Assembly: GCA_022749845.1 (NCBI GenBank)
Contig: JAKIWX010000002.1
Location: 478 to 64,477, forward strand
Direction: 5' to 3'
Length of the DNA stretch: 64,000 nt
Origin: Thermoplasmata archaeon
GTDB lineage: Archaea > Thermoplasmatota > Thermoplasmata > Lutacidiplasmatales > UBA184
Shown piece by piece: positions 55,011-63,984 of this stretch (within the stretch, counting starts at the first letter, position 1; every line of letters begins with the position of its first letter). Position numbers and translations under genes: made by a program. The notes under the pieces are model-generated. The model was not told the origin of the DNA. It worked only from the letters and a program-made list of their open reading frames with translations, and made no database searches.

Positions 55011-56107
55011 GGCTCTCCCGCATCGCGGCGGACCTGCCGATCGTCGCGCGGCAGTACACGCGTAACCCCATCGGCCTGTTCTTCTCCCTCGTCTTCCCGA
55101 TCATCCTGATCGGCCTCTTCGGGCTCATCTTCTCCGGGACCTCGTCGACGGCGGTCGACCTGCCGACGCTCGTCCTCGACCACTCGAACTCGACGACCGC
55201 TTTCCTCGATGCCCTGAACGCGACCGGACTCGTCAATCTCCACTTCGTCGGACCGATGGATCCCTCGCAGTTCGGAAGCTACCTGTTCAACGCCGAGGAT
55301 CCCGTGGGGCTCCTCATTCCCCAGGGGTTCGGCGCCTCCATCACGGCGCACGCCGCCGTCAACCTCACGGTCTACACGGACCCTGGGAACCCGAGCTCCT
55401 CGGCGCTCGTCGAAGGTGCAGTGAACTACGCGGTCACGCAGCTCAACTTCCGGGCGGCGCACGCGAGCCCGATCATCGGCGTGAACTCGCTCACCGTCAC
55501 GAGCCGGTCCTTCGCGTACATCGACTACCTGATCCCGGGGCTCATCGGCTTCTCCATCCTGACGAGCCCGATGTTCTCGATGGTCGAGCTCGTCTCGACC
55601 TACCGGAAGGAGGGGTTCTTCCGGCAGCTCTCCCTCACGCCGCTCACCCGTGCCGAGTGGCTCACCTCGCGGGTGGTGTGGTACGTCCTGCTCACCTTCC
55701 TCTCGGCGGGGGTGATGCTGTTCGTCGGGATCCTCGCCTTCGGCGCGCACGTGACGATCTCGATCGGGATGCTGCCGTTCCTCGTGGTGGGGCCGTTCCT
55801 GTTCGTGTCGCTCGGCATGCTCGCGGGCTCGGTGAGCCGTAGCCCCGAGAGCGCGGCCGTGATCGGGAACATCATCACCTTCCCGATGATGTTCCTCTCG
55901 GGGACCTTCTTCCCCACCTCGGCGTTCCCGGCGTACCTCCAGGAGTTCGCGAGGGTGCTCCCGCTCTACTACGTCATCGACGGGTTGAACTCCGTCATGC
56001 TGTTCAACAGCCCCAGCCGGGCGCTCATCGACTTCGCCGTCGTGTTCGTGATCGCGCTTGCCATCTTCCTCGCGGCCATCGTGACGTTCAAGTGGAGAGA
56101 GGAGTGA
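55007..56107 (+). CDS. ABC-2 type transporter permease
   Basis: GTG 55007 overlaps the ATPase TGA. Large extracytoplasmic loop after TM1, then 5 TM segments. ABC-2 membrane-domain layout. Confidence 0.85.
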   Translation: MRLSRIAADLPIVARQYTRNPIGLFFSLVFPIILIGLFGLIFSGTSSTAVDLPTLVLDHSNSTTAFLDALNATGLVNLHFVGPMDPSQFGSYLFNAEDPVGLLIPQGFGASITAHAAVNLTVYTDPGNPSSSALVEGAVNYAVTQLNFRAAHASPIIGVNSLTVTSRSFAYIDYLIPGLIGFSILTSPMFSMVELVSTYRKEGFFRQLSLTPLTRAEWLTSRVVWYVLLTFLSAGVMLFVGILAFGAHVTISIGMLPFLVVGPFLFVSLGMLAGSVSRSPESAAVIGNIITFPMMFLSGTFFPTSAFPAYLQEFARVLPLYYVIDGLNSVMLFNSPSRALIDFAVVFVIALAIFLAAIVTFKWREE

Positions 56108-56616
56108 GTACGGCCGACCCGGCGCGGTTCCGCGCCCTGATGGGACGCTGGGCGACCGGCGTCTCCGTCGTGACCGCGGAGGAGCGAGGCCAGCCGTACG
56201 GCCTCACGGTGAACGCCTTCCTCTCGGTCTCGCTCCATCCCCCCACCCTCCTCGTCTCCCTCTCGAACGATGCGGACACTACGCCCGTGATCGCCCGCAC
56301 CGGGCGTTTCGCGGTGAACCTGCTCGCGCACGACCAGCGGGCCCTCTCGGAGCTCTTTGCGAAGGCGCTCCCGGGCCCCGAGAAGTTCCGCGAACTCAAG
56401 GTCCTCCCGGGCCGCGAGGGCGTGCCGCTCCTCGAGGGCACGCTCGGGAGCCTCGAATGCCGGCTCGTCCAGGCGGTCCCCGCGGCGGACCACCAACTCC
56501 TCCTCGGCGAGGTGGAGACGATCGCCGAGGGCCGGGACGAGCTGCCGCTCCTCTTCTTCCGAAGCCGGTACGGGGAAACGGACGCGCCGGAGCGCCTGCG
56601 CTTGCCCCCGCCGTAA
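56092..56616 (+). CDS. Flavin reductase family protein
   Basis: FRALMGRWATGVSVVT...GLTVNAFLSVSLHPPTLLVSL. An in-frame GTG at 56104 (GTGA overlap with the permease stop) is an equally good start. Confidence 0.8.
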   Translation: MERGVSTADPARFRALMGRWATGVSVVTAEERGQPYGLTVNAFLSVSLHPPTLLVSLSNDADTTPVIARTGRFAVNLLAHDQRALSELFAKALPGPEKFRELKVLPGREGVPLLEGTLGSLECRLVQAVPAADHQLLLGEVETIAEGRDELPLLFFRSRYGETDAPERLRLPPP

Positions 56617-56659
56617 CCGCCGGGCGAAGGGTTATCCCGCACATTCCGGTATCACGTCG

Positions 56660-57649
56660 ATGTCCGCCCCCGCCCCGGTCCGGCGCCGCCTCGTCATCGT
56701 GGGGAGCGGTCCGGCAGGGCTCACGGCCGCCATCTACGCCTCTCGCGCCAACCTCGCGCCGCTCGTGATCGCCGGGGTGCCGAGCGGCGGGCAGCTCATG
56801 CTGACGAGCGACGTCGAGAACTATCCCGGGTTTCCCGAGGGGATCCTCGGGCCCGAACTGATGGACAGGTTCCGGGCGCAGGCCAAGCGCTTCGGCACGG
56901 AGTTCTGGGAGGCGAACGTGACCCGGGTCGATTTCACGCATCGGCCGTTCCGACTCGAGGCCGGGCTCTCCGGGACGGTCGAGGCGGACGCGGTGATCGT
57001 CGCGACGGGGGCGAACGCGCGCTGGCTCGACCTGCCGAGCGAGCAGAAGCTCCGGGGCAAGGGGGTCTCGGCGTGCGCGACCTGCGACGGGTTCTTCTTC
57101 AAAGGCAAGGAGCTCGCCGTCGTCGGCGGGGGCGACTCCGCGATGGAGGAGGCGACCTTCCTCACGAAGTTCGCAAGCCACGTCACCGTGATCCACCGCC
57201 GGGACGGCTTCCGAGCGAGCCGCATCCTTGAGAGCCGCGCCCGCGCGAACCCGAAGATCGGCTTCCGCCTCTCGAGCGAGGTGGTCGAGGTGCTCGGAAC
57301 GAACTCGGTCGAGGGACTCCGGGTGAAGGACCTGACGACGGGGAAGGTGGAAACGCTCCCCGTGGGCGGCCTCTTCGTCGCGATCGGCCACGACCCGGCA
57401 ACCGAGGTGTTCCGCGGCGCGCTCGAGCTCGACGAACACGGCTACCTGAAGACGCGCGACCTCACCCGGACGAGCGTCGAGGGGGTGTTCGCGGCGGGAG
57501 ACGTCTACGACCACCGCTACCGCCAGGCGGTCTCTGCCGCCGGGCTCGGCTGCATGGCCGCGCTCGACGCCGAGCACTGGCTCGTGGAGCAGGCCCAACC
57601 GCACGCACCCGGGCACGTGGCAAGCGCGCCCGCTCCGTCCGCGCGCTAG
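56660..57649 (+). CDS. trxB: Thioredoxin-disulfide reductase
   Basis: FAD motif VIVGSGPAGLTAAIYA, redox-active CATCDG, NADPH motif VVGGGDSAMEEA, GLFVAIGH, FAAGDV. ATG 56660; the ORF-track start at 56357 is an upstream extension. Confidence 0.9.
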   Translation: MSAPAPVRRRLVIVGSGPAGLTAAIYASRANLAPLVIAGVPSGGQLMLTSDVENYPGFPEGILGPELMDRFRAQAKRFGTEFWEANVTRVDFTHRPFRLEAGLSGTVEADAVIVATGANARWLDLPSEQKLRGKGVSACATCDGFFFKGKELAVVGGGDSAMEEATFLTKFASHVTVIHRRDGFRASRILESRARANPKIGFRLSSEVVEVLGTNSVEGLRVKDLTTGKVETLPVGGLFVAIGHDPATEVFRGALELDEHGYLKTRDLTRTSVEGVFAAGDVYDHRYRQAVSAAGLGCMAALDAEHWLVEQAQPHAPGHVASAPAPSAR

Positions 57650-57772
57650 CTGGACCGCGGGGTCGGGCCCGGACCGCAGGTTCCCACGGTCCGCGTTTTC
57701 CCGCCCCGATTCCCCGGGGCCCACCTTGTCGATTTGCGACGAGGATTCCTCTCCTGCGGCCGTGCGGAAGCC

Positions 57773-57778
57773 TTTAAG
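57773..57778 (+). promoter_or_regulatory. TATA-like TTTAAG upstream of the ferredoxin-GGR pair
   Basis: Same hexamer as at 28524. About 37 nt upstream of GTG 57815. Confidence 0.35.
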
Positions 57779-57814
57779 TGGGACTGGGGCGGTCCAACCG
57801 AGAGGCGCGCGCGA

Positions 57815-58009
57815 GTGCCCCCCTCCAAACGAAGTCTGCACATTGAATCGAGCGGGCAGCTCTGCATCTACTGCGGGGCGTGCGTCGGGATCTGCCCGCT
57901 CAACTGCATCTACCTGGACGAAACGCGGATTACCTTCGACGAGAACGTCTGCACGCGCTGCGAGATCTGCGTGAAGGCCTGTCCCGTCGGCGCGATCGCG
58001 ATCGGCTAG
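57815..58009 (+). CDS. 2x[4Fe-4S] ferredoxin
   Basis: CIYCGACVGICP and CTRCEICVKACP cluster motifs. Start set at GTG 57815 (downstream of the TATA-like element); the ORF-track start is 57734. Confidence 0.8.
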   Translation: MPPSKRSLHIESSGQLCIYCGACVGICPLNCIYLDETRITFDENVCTRCEICVKACPVGAIAIG

Positions 58010-58022
58010 GCGAATCCCTCTC

Positions 58023-59210
58023 ATGGAGACCGTGCGCACGGACGTGCTCGTCGTCGGCGCCGGGCCCGCGGGCTCGATGACCGCGAAGTGGGCGGCGAAG
58101 AGCGGCGCGAAGGTGCTGATGATCGAAAAGCGCCAGGAGATCGGCTCTCCCGTGCGCTGCGGTGAGGGAATGAGCAAGGACTGGCTCCAGGAGGTGGGCA
58201 TCGTCCCCGGCAAGTGGATCAACGTCGAGGTGGAGGGGGCCCGCATCTACTCCCCGAGCGAGAAGTGCCTCGAGATCAACGAAAAGCACGCGGGCAACGA
58301 GGTCGGCTACGTCGTCGAGCGGGACGGCTTCGACAAGCAGCTCGCGATCGACGCCGCGAACGCGGGCGTCGACATCTGGCTCAAGACCTCGGCGACCGGC
58401 ATCCTCAGGGAGAACGGCCACGTCGTCGGCGTGAAGGCGAAGCGCTTCGGCGAGCCGCTCGAGATCCGCGCCAAGGTGACGGTCGGCGCGGACGGCTTCG
58501 AGAGCCAGGTCGGCCGGTGGGCGGGGCTCCCCACGAACCTCCAGCTCCGCGACATGGATACGTGCCTACAGTACCGTATGACGAACGTCGACAGCGACGT
58601 GCGCTACTGCGATTTCTACCTCGGGAGCTGCGCTCCGGGCGGCTACGTCTGGATTTTCCCGAAAGCGGAGGGGCTCGCGAACGTCGGCATCGGCGTGCAG
58701 GTGAGCAAGGTGAAGAGCCCCGCGGACGCGAAGTCGTACCTCGACCGCTGGATCGAAAAGCACCCCGGCTACGCGAAGGGGAAGAAGATCGACATGGTGG
58801 GCGGCGGGGTCTCCATCTCCGCGCCGATGAAGCAGACCGTCACCGACGGCTTCCTGCTCGTCGGCGACGCGGCCCGGATGATCGACCCGCTCACGGGCGG
58901 AGGCATCGCCAACGGCTGCATCGCCGGCAAGATCGCGGGCGAGGTGTCGGCGAGGGCCGTGGCGGCGGGGGATGCCTCGAAGGAGGTGCTCGCCGAGTAC
59001 GACCGCGGCTGGCGCGCCCGCTTCGAGGAGAAGCTCTACCGGAACTGGCTCGCGAAGGAGAAGCTCTGCTCCCTCTCCGACGAGACGTTCGACAAGGTTG
59101 TCGACGCCCTCGAGGGCGTGAAACTCGAGAAGCTCACCGTGCACAACATCCTCAAGGCCGTCCACGTGAAGTACCCGGAAGTGACCCGGGAGTTCGAGGC
59201 GTTCCTCTAG
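58023..59210 (+). CDS. Geranylgeranyl reductase (digeranylgeranylglycerophospholipid reductase family)
   Basis: FAD motif DVLVVGAGPAGSMTAKWAA, RCGEG, YVWIFPK, LVGDAARMIDPLTGGGI. Confidence 0.9.
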   Translation: METVRTDVLVVGAGPAGSMTAKWAAKSGAKVLMIEKRQEIGSPVRCGEGMSKDWLQEVGIVPGKWINVEVEGARIYSPSEKCLEINEKHAGNEVGYVVERDGFDKQLAIDAANAGVDIWLKTSATGILRENGHVVGVKAKRFGEPLEIRAKVTVGADGFESQVGRWAGLPTNLQLRDMDTCLQYRMTNVDSDVRYCDFYLGSCAPGGYVWIFPKAEGLANVGIGVQVSKVKSPADAKSYLDRWIEKHPGYAKGKKIDMVGGGVSISAPMKQTVTDGFLLVGDAARMIDPLTGGGIANGCIAGKIAGEVSARAVAAGDASKEVLAEYDRGWRARFEEKLYRNWLAKEKLCSLSDETFDKVVDALEGVKLEKLTVHNILKAVHVKYPEVTREFEAFL

Positions 59211-59213
59211 ACC

Positions 59214-59840
59214 ATGCCCGGCGCCCCCAACAAGCCGCCCGACACGGCGGCGGCCCCCGTGCCCGTGGCCGCGGACTCCACGACCGTTCTCCTGCGGCGG
59301 CTCGTCCCGAGCCGGATCGCCTTGCGGCTCGACGGCTGGCGGCGTCCCCTCTCGGCGGAGCTCCTTACCCCGTACGCGAACGCCGAGGCGGCGCTCGCAC
59401 GGGGGGAGCTCGAGATCGCCTCGGGCTACGTGGACCAGCTCGCGATCCGCTTCGCGGAGCCCCGCTGGCCGACGCTCCCCGAACCGTTCCAAGTGCTCCG
59501 AGTGAAGGTGATCCGCCCGCAGCCGCCCCACTGGGACCCCGACCACGGGGTGACCCCCGAGGAGAAGGAGGCCCGCCGGATCCGCCGCGAAGGCGAGGCG
59601 CAGGTGAAGCTCGCCCGCGCCGCGCTCGAGGCGGAGACGCGCAAGGGCACGAAGACGGACGACCTCGCGCCCGAGCTTGCGGCGGCGGAAGCGGCACTCG
59701 CGGGAGGAGCCGCCGGCACGTTGTGGCCGCCGCTCGACCGGCTCTGGGCCGCGCTCCGGGAGCGCGTCCCCCTCCCGACCGCCGAGGCTCGCGCCGCACC
59801 GCCGAGCCCCGTGACCGAGGCCGGTGACGCCCCCGCGTAG
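59214..59840 (+). CDS. Hypothetical protein
   Basis: ATG 4 nt after the GGR stop. Helical, A/E/R-rich. No family recognised. Confidence 0.4.
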   Translation: MPGAPNKPPDTAAAPVPVAADSTTVLLRRLVPSRIALRLDGWRRPLSAELLTPYANAEAALARGELEIASGYVDQLAIRFAEPRWPTLPEPFQVLRVKVIRPQPPHWDPDHGVTPEEKEARRIRREGEAQVKLARAALEAETRKGTKTDDLAPELAAAEAALAGGAAGTLWPPLDRLWAALRERVPLPTAEARAAPPSPVTEAGDAPA

Positions 59841-60516
59841 GCGCGCCGACCGCGGAGGCGCCGCGGAACTCGAAGGATTCCTCGAAGGGGTCCGTCACGA
59901 GCTCTCGAGCGCACGCCGAGAGGGCCATGCCTATCCCGACGCCGACCGGGAGCTCGAGCACGCGCGTCGTCTCTTGTCGCGCGGCGCCTGGAGGGAGGCG
60001 GAGTCGTTGTTGCTGCGCCTCGACTCCGACCTGCATTCCCGCGCGCCCCCCGACCGGGTGCTCGAGCCGCCGCGGGGGCTTGTCGCCTACACCCCCACGA
60101 ACGGCTCCTCCGAGAGCCCTCCGCTCGATATCGAACGGTTGCGCAACCGCATGGAGCTCATCGGCCGGCTCCTGGGGTTCGCGGTCCGGAGCGAATCGGA
60201 GATCGCCCGCGCACGCCGCGCCCTCGCCCAGGCGCAGACGGAGCTCGCGGCGGGCCGGTGGGCCGAGGCGGCCGCGCAGGTGGACAAGGCGCACGCGCTC
60301 GTCGAGCCGGCCCCGGCTAATGTTATCCCGAGCCCACCCTCTGCGACGGAACGATGGTCCAGCCCCGATTCGGGACCTTCTCCGTCGTCGCGGCGGACCC
60401 GGCGCGCGGCGAGTGGGGCGTCGCCGTCCAGTCGAAGTTCATCTCCGTCGGAGCCGTCGTCCCCTGGGCGGAAGCGGGCGTCGGCGCCGTCGCGACGCAA
60501 GCGCACGCCAACGTAA
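59824..60516 (+). CDS. Hypothetical protein (3' part doubtful)
   Basis: GTG ORF whose first 170 aa look helical (ELEHARRLLSRGAWREAESLL...). The last about 160 nt overlap the well-supported DUF1028 gene. Confidence 0.25.
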   Translation: MTPPRRRADRGGAAELEGFLEGVRHELSSARREGHAYPDADRELEHARRLLSRGAWREAESLLLRLDSDLHSRAPPDRVLEPPRGLVAYTPTNGSSESPPLDIERLRNRMELIGRLLGFAVRSESEIARARRALAQAQTELAAGRWAEAAAQVDKAHALVEPAPANVIPSPPSATERWSSPDSGPSPSSRRTRRAASGASPSSRSSSPSEPSSPGRKRASAPSRRKRTPT

Positions 60517-61346
60517 GGTTCGGTCCGGAGGGGCTCGCACTCCTGCGCGCGGGCACGTCCGCCGCCGAGGTAGTGAAGCAACTCGTGGCGTCCGACCCCC
60601 AGCGCGAGCACCGGCAGCTCGCCGTGGTCGATCGGGACGGGGGCAGCGCCGCCTACACGGGCGCGAAATGTCTCGAGTGGGCCGGGCACCGCACGGGCCT
60701 CGGGTTCTCCTGCCAGGGGAACATCCTGTTCGCCCCTGCCGTCGTCGAGGCGATGGCGCGCAGCTACGAGCGGACCCCCGGGGACCTCCCGGAGCGGCTC
60801 CTCGCGGCGCTCGACGCCGGCCAGCGCGAAGGGGGGGACCGGCGCGGCATGCAGTCCGCCTCGCTCCTCGTGGTGCGCTCGAAAGGCGGGTACGACCAGG
60901 GGAGCGACCGGTGGGTCGACCTCCGCGTCGACGATCACCCGTACCCCATCGAGGAGCTCCGGCGCATCTTCCGCGTGTACGACCTCACGCTCTTGGAGCG
61001 CGAGGATCCCGCGACGTTGCTCCCCCTCGCGGGCGAGGTGGCGCTCCGCACCCAGCGTTCGCTCTCCGTGCTCGGCTACTACCTCGGCCCTACGAACGGC
61101 GCCTGGGATGCGAAGTCAAAGGCCGCGTTCGCGAAGTTCATCTCGGAGAACAATTTCGAGAACAAGGCCCGGAAGGAGAACGCCGTCTGGCCGAGCGTGC
61201 TCGCCTACCTCGAGGAGCGCGCGAAGAGCGAGCTCACCCGGAGGCTCGGCACGGCCCCCGTCGTTCCCGGCGCGCTCGACCGCGGTCCCGGATCCGCGTC
61301 GGGTCCCGCCCCCGTTTCGGGGCGCGGCAGCAAGGGGAAGCACTAG
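60354..61346 (+). CDS. DUF1028 (Ntn-hydrolase-like) protein with C-terminal peptidoglycan-binding-like domain
   Basis: TFSVVAADPARGEWGVAVQSKFISVGAVVPWAEAGVGAVATQA..., GFSCQGNIL, GGDRRGMQSASLLV. C-terminal SLSVLGYYLGPTNGAWDAKSKAAFAKF resembles PG_binding_1. Confidence 0.8.
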   Translation: MVQPRFGTFSVVAADPARGEWGVAVQSKFISVGAVVPWAEAGVGAVATQAHANVRFGPEGLALLRAGTSAAEVVKQLVASDPQREHRQLAVVDRDGGSAAYTGAKCLEWAGHRTGLGFSCQGNILFAPAVVEAMARSYERTPGDLPERLLAALDAGQREGGDRRGMQSASLLVVRSKGGYDQGSDRWVDLRVDDHPYPIEELRRIFRVYDLTLLEREDPATLLPLAGEVALRTQRSLSVLGYYLGPTNGAWDAKSKAAFAKFISENNFENKARKENAVWPSVLAYLEERAKSELTRRLGTAPVVPGALDRGPGSASGPAPVSGRGSKGKH

Positions 61347-61362
61347 CGGGTCGCGACCGGTC

Positions 61363-61707
61363 ATGGTCGAGAGCATCCCGGACGAACCCACGCGTTCCAC
61401 CGCTCGTTCCCGTCGCCCCGTCCCCGGTGACGCTTCCCCAACTCCGGACCGGGTGGAGGTGGAGCTCGAGCGGACGTACGCGAGCGAGCGGGAGGCGGAG
61501 GAGCTTCGGTGCGCGCTTGAGGCGGACCGACCCTCCTACCTCCGCACCGAGCGGACCGGAGCGACGCTCCGCTTCGGGGTGAGCGCTCCGAGCGCCGCGA
61601 GCGTGCGAAGCACGCTCGACGACCTCCTCGCCGCCCTCGCCGCGGCGGAGCGTGTCCGGGGCATTGGATCACGTAGCTCCGCCCCGAACGAGAACCGCTC
61701 GGGGTAG
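61363..61707 (+). CDS. Pcc1-like (KEOPS subunit) protein
   Basis: VEVELERTYASEREAEELRCALEADRPSYLRTERTGATLRFGVSAPSAASVRSTLDDLLAALAAAERV fits the Pcc1 beta-beta-beta-alpha pattern (..A.D..aLRasln..l..l). ATG at 61363-61365. Confidence 0.5.
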   Translation: MVESIPDEPTRSTARSRRPVPGDASPTPDRVEVELERTYASEREAEELRCALEADRPSYLRTERTGATLRFGVSAPSAASVRSTLDDLLAALAAAERVRGIGSRSSAPNENRSG

Positions 61708-61772
61708 CCGAGCCCGGGCGGAGCGGCCGCGCGGGCCGGGCACGGAAATACCCGGGGCCGGTCGCCGCGCCG

Positions 61773-62660
61773 ATGGGGGCAGGTGGCGCGGCTTCCTCCG
61801 ATTCGGCTACACCCGTGCCTCGCTCCGCTCCGGTCCGCGCCTACCTCCTCGCTACCGTCATCACCGTGGTGGCGGTGGTGAGCCAATATCTCCTACCCGA
61901 GCGGTTTCCCTCCCTGCTCCTCGTCTACGGTAACCTTCCCGGGGAGCTCGCCATCGTCTACGGGATCCCCATCCTCGCGTTCCTCTTCCTCGTTGGGCCG
62001 GGGCCGCTCCGCGCGTGGAACGCGAACCCGGGGCGCGCCGCGGTGGAGGGGCTCCGATGGTTCGGGCTGCTCTCGCTCTTGGCCCTCCTCCTTTCGATCG
62101 TGCTCCTCATCGTCTACGAGGTAGTGGACCCCTCCGCGGTCCGCCTCCTCTCGAAGTCGGTCCCCGTGGTCCGAGGGGCCGCGAGCGACCCCTGGTTCTG
62201 GATCGCCCTCTCCTTCGCCGTCGGGGCGATCGAGGAGACGATCTTTCGGGGATGGATCTTCGGCTACTGGCTCGCACGGAGCCCCGCGCAGTGGCGGAGC
62301 GCGGCCGCGATGTCGAGCCTCCTTTTCGCCGGGGCCCACGTGTACTACTGGACGACGTACGGCGCGATCGCGACCGTCCCGCTCCTCATGCTCGTACTGC
62401 TGGGGCTCGCCTTCGCCTGGGCGATGGCGCTCTCCGGGGGCAACCTCGTCGTGGTCGCCTTGCTCCACGGGGCGTTCGACGCCTCCTCCTTCTACTCGGT
62501 CGTCAACACGAACGTCGCCCTTGGGCTCCACTACGGGCTCGTGCTCCTCGGGCTCGTCGTCGCGCTCGTGGTGGCCGTACGGACCCGGCTCGCACGCCCA
62601 CCGCCGGAGCCCTTCCGACCGGTGCCCTCGCCACTTCCCCCGTCGCCACCCTTCGGGTAG
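61773..62660 (+). CDS. CPBP family intramembrane glutamic endopeptidase (CAAX protease/Abi)
   Basis: Motifs EETIFRG, FAGAHVYY, HGAFD within a multi-TM protein. Confidence 0.8.
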   Translation: MGAGGAASSDSATPVPRSAPVRAYLLATVITVVAVVSQYLLPERFPSLLLVYGNLPGELAIVYGIPILAFLFLVGPGPLRAWNANPGRAAVEGLRWFGLLSLLALLLSIVLLIVYEVVDPSAVRLLSKSVPVVRGAASDPWFWIALSFAVGAIEETIFRGWIFGYWLARSPAQWRSAAAMSSLLFAGAHVYYWTTYGAIATVPLLMLVLLGLAFAWAMALSGGNLVVVALLHGAFDASSFYSVVNTNVALGLHYGLVLLGLVVALVVAVRTRLARPPPEPFRPVPSPLPPSPPFG

Positions 62661-62719
62661 GGAGGGACCCGACCTTCCCCCCCAACCGTTATGGCCGGGG
62701 CTCGCCTCGAGCGAGCACG

Positions 62720-63157
62720 GACGCTGAGGAGCTCGACCCGCGGGTTCGGGAGCGGCTCGAGCGGGCCCGCACCATAGCCGTCGTGGGTCTCTCCGACAAG
62801 CCGGACCGCGACTCGAACCGGATCGCCCGGTACCTCAAGGAGCACGGCTACCAGCTCCTTCCTGTGAACCCGATGCTGTCGACGGTGCTCGGCGCGACCG
62901 CCTACCCTTCGCTCTCCTCGATCCCTCGCGAGATCCCGGTCGACATCGTCGACATCTTCCGACGGTCGGAGGAGGTGCCCCCCATCGTGGACGAGGCGAT
63001 CGCACGGAAGGTCCCCACCATCTGGATGCAGCTCGGCGTGGAGCACCCGGCCGCCGCGGCCAAGGCGCGCGCCGCCGGCGCGCTCGTCCTCGAGAACCGT
63101 TGCATCATGGTGACGCATCGGGAGCTCGCCATCCCCCGGCGCCCCGGCAGCCGTTAA
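62720..63157 (+). CDS. CoA-binding domain protein (YccU/YneT-like); start codon unresolved
   Basis: ARTIAVVGLSDKPDRDSNRIARYLKEHGYQLLPVNP...VDIVDIFRR...IWMQLG. No ATG/GTG/TTG is in frame within the roughly 40 codons read upstream of IAVVG (back to about 62600). Confidence 0.7.
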   Translation, partial: DAEELDPRVRERLERARTIAVVGLSDKPDRDSNRIARYLKEHGYQLLPVNPMLSTVLGATAYPSLSSIPREIPVDIVDIFRRSEEVPPIVDEAIARKVPTIWMQLGVEHPAAAAKARAAGALVLENRCIMVTHRELAIPRRPGSR

Positions 63158-63180
63158 GCGGATGGGCCGCTCCCGCGGCC

Positions 63181-63984
63181 GTGGCGAGTGCGGTAGCCGC
63201 CCCTTCCCTCTCCGCCGTTCCGGTAGGGAGCGGCGCCAAGCCCCCCTCCCCTCCTCCGGCGCCCCTTGCCGGGGAGATCCTCGATCAGGGCGCGAGGCGC
63301 CGGGACACGGTGCGCGCGCTCCGCTGGAGCGTGAACGGGGTCGCGAAGGTCCTCGGCACCGTCGAGGCGGGGACGATCGACGTCTCGGGGCGTCTCTCCG
63401 TCGGGGGTGACGTGAGCTGCGTGGAGCTTCGCGTCCGGGGTTCGCTCGATACGTTCGCCAAGACCCGCGTGGCGGGGCTCCTCGACGTCGACGGCATGGC
63501 CCGCCTCGGCGGGCCGGTCGCGGCGGGAGAAGCCCGTCTGGTGGGGCGTGCCGAGCTCACGTCGGACCTCACCACCCAGGGCGCGCTCGACGCGCAAGGT
63601 CACCTCGCGGTCGCGGGGGAGCTCTCCGCTTCGGAGCTGCGTTTCTCGGGGACGCTCCTGGTGACGGGTGGAATCCGGGCGCCGCGGATCAGCGGGAAGC
63701 TCGAAGGGGCGTGCCGCGCGCGCGCCGTCAGCTGCGACACCCTCACTCTGAGGCGGCTCTCTTTCCCTCCGTGGAAGCGCTCCGGTAGCTTCTCCGCCGA
63801 ACGGATCGAAGCCAGGGAGGCTCGGCTCGAGGGAGTCCGGTGCGAGTTCCTGCGCGCCGAGGAGATCTACCTCGGACCGGACTGCCACGTGAGCCGGGCC
63901 GAGGGCCGGGTGGTCGAACGGCATCGAACCTCGTACGTCGGGTACGAATCGACCAGCCCTCCGCCTCCCGGGCTCTTCCGCTAG
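63181..63984 (+). CDS. Bactofilin-like polymer-forming (beta-helical repeat) protein
   Basis: Repeated G.L.V.G.V....L.V.G.L pattern: VSGRLSVGGDVSCVELRVRGSLD, VDGMARLGGPVAAGEARLVGRAEL, AQGHLAVAGELSASELRFSGTLLVTGGI. Start GTG 63181 chosen after the upstream stop. Confidence 0.55.
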   Translation: MASAVAAPSLSAVPVGSGAKPPSPPPAPLAGEILDQGARRRDTVRALRWSVNGVAKVLGTVEAGTIDVSGRLSVGGDVSCVELRVRGSLDTFAKTRVAGLLDVDGMARLGGPVAAGEARLVGRAELTSDLTTQGALDAQGHLAVAGELSASELRFSGTLLVTGGIRAPRISGKLEGACRARAVSCDTLTLRRLSFPPWKRSGSFSAERIEAREARLEGVRCEFLRAEEIYLGPDCHVSRAEGRVVERHRTSYVGYESTSPPPPGLFR

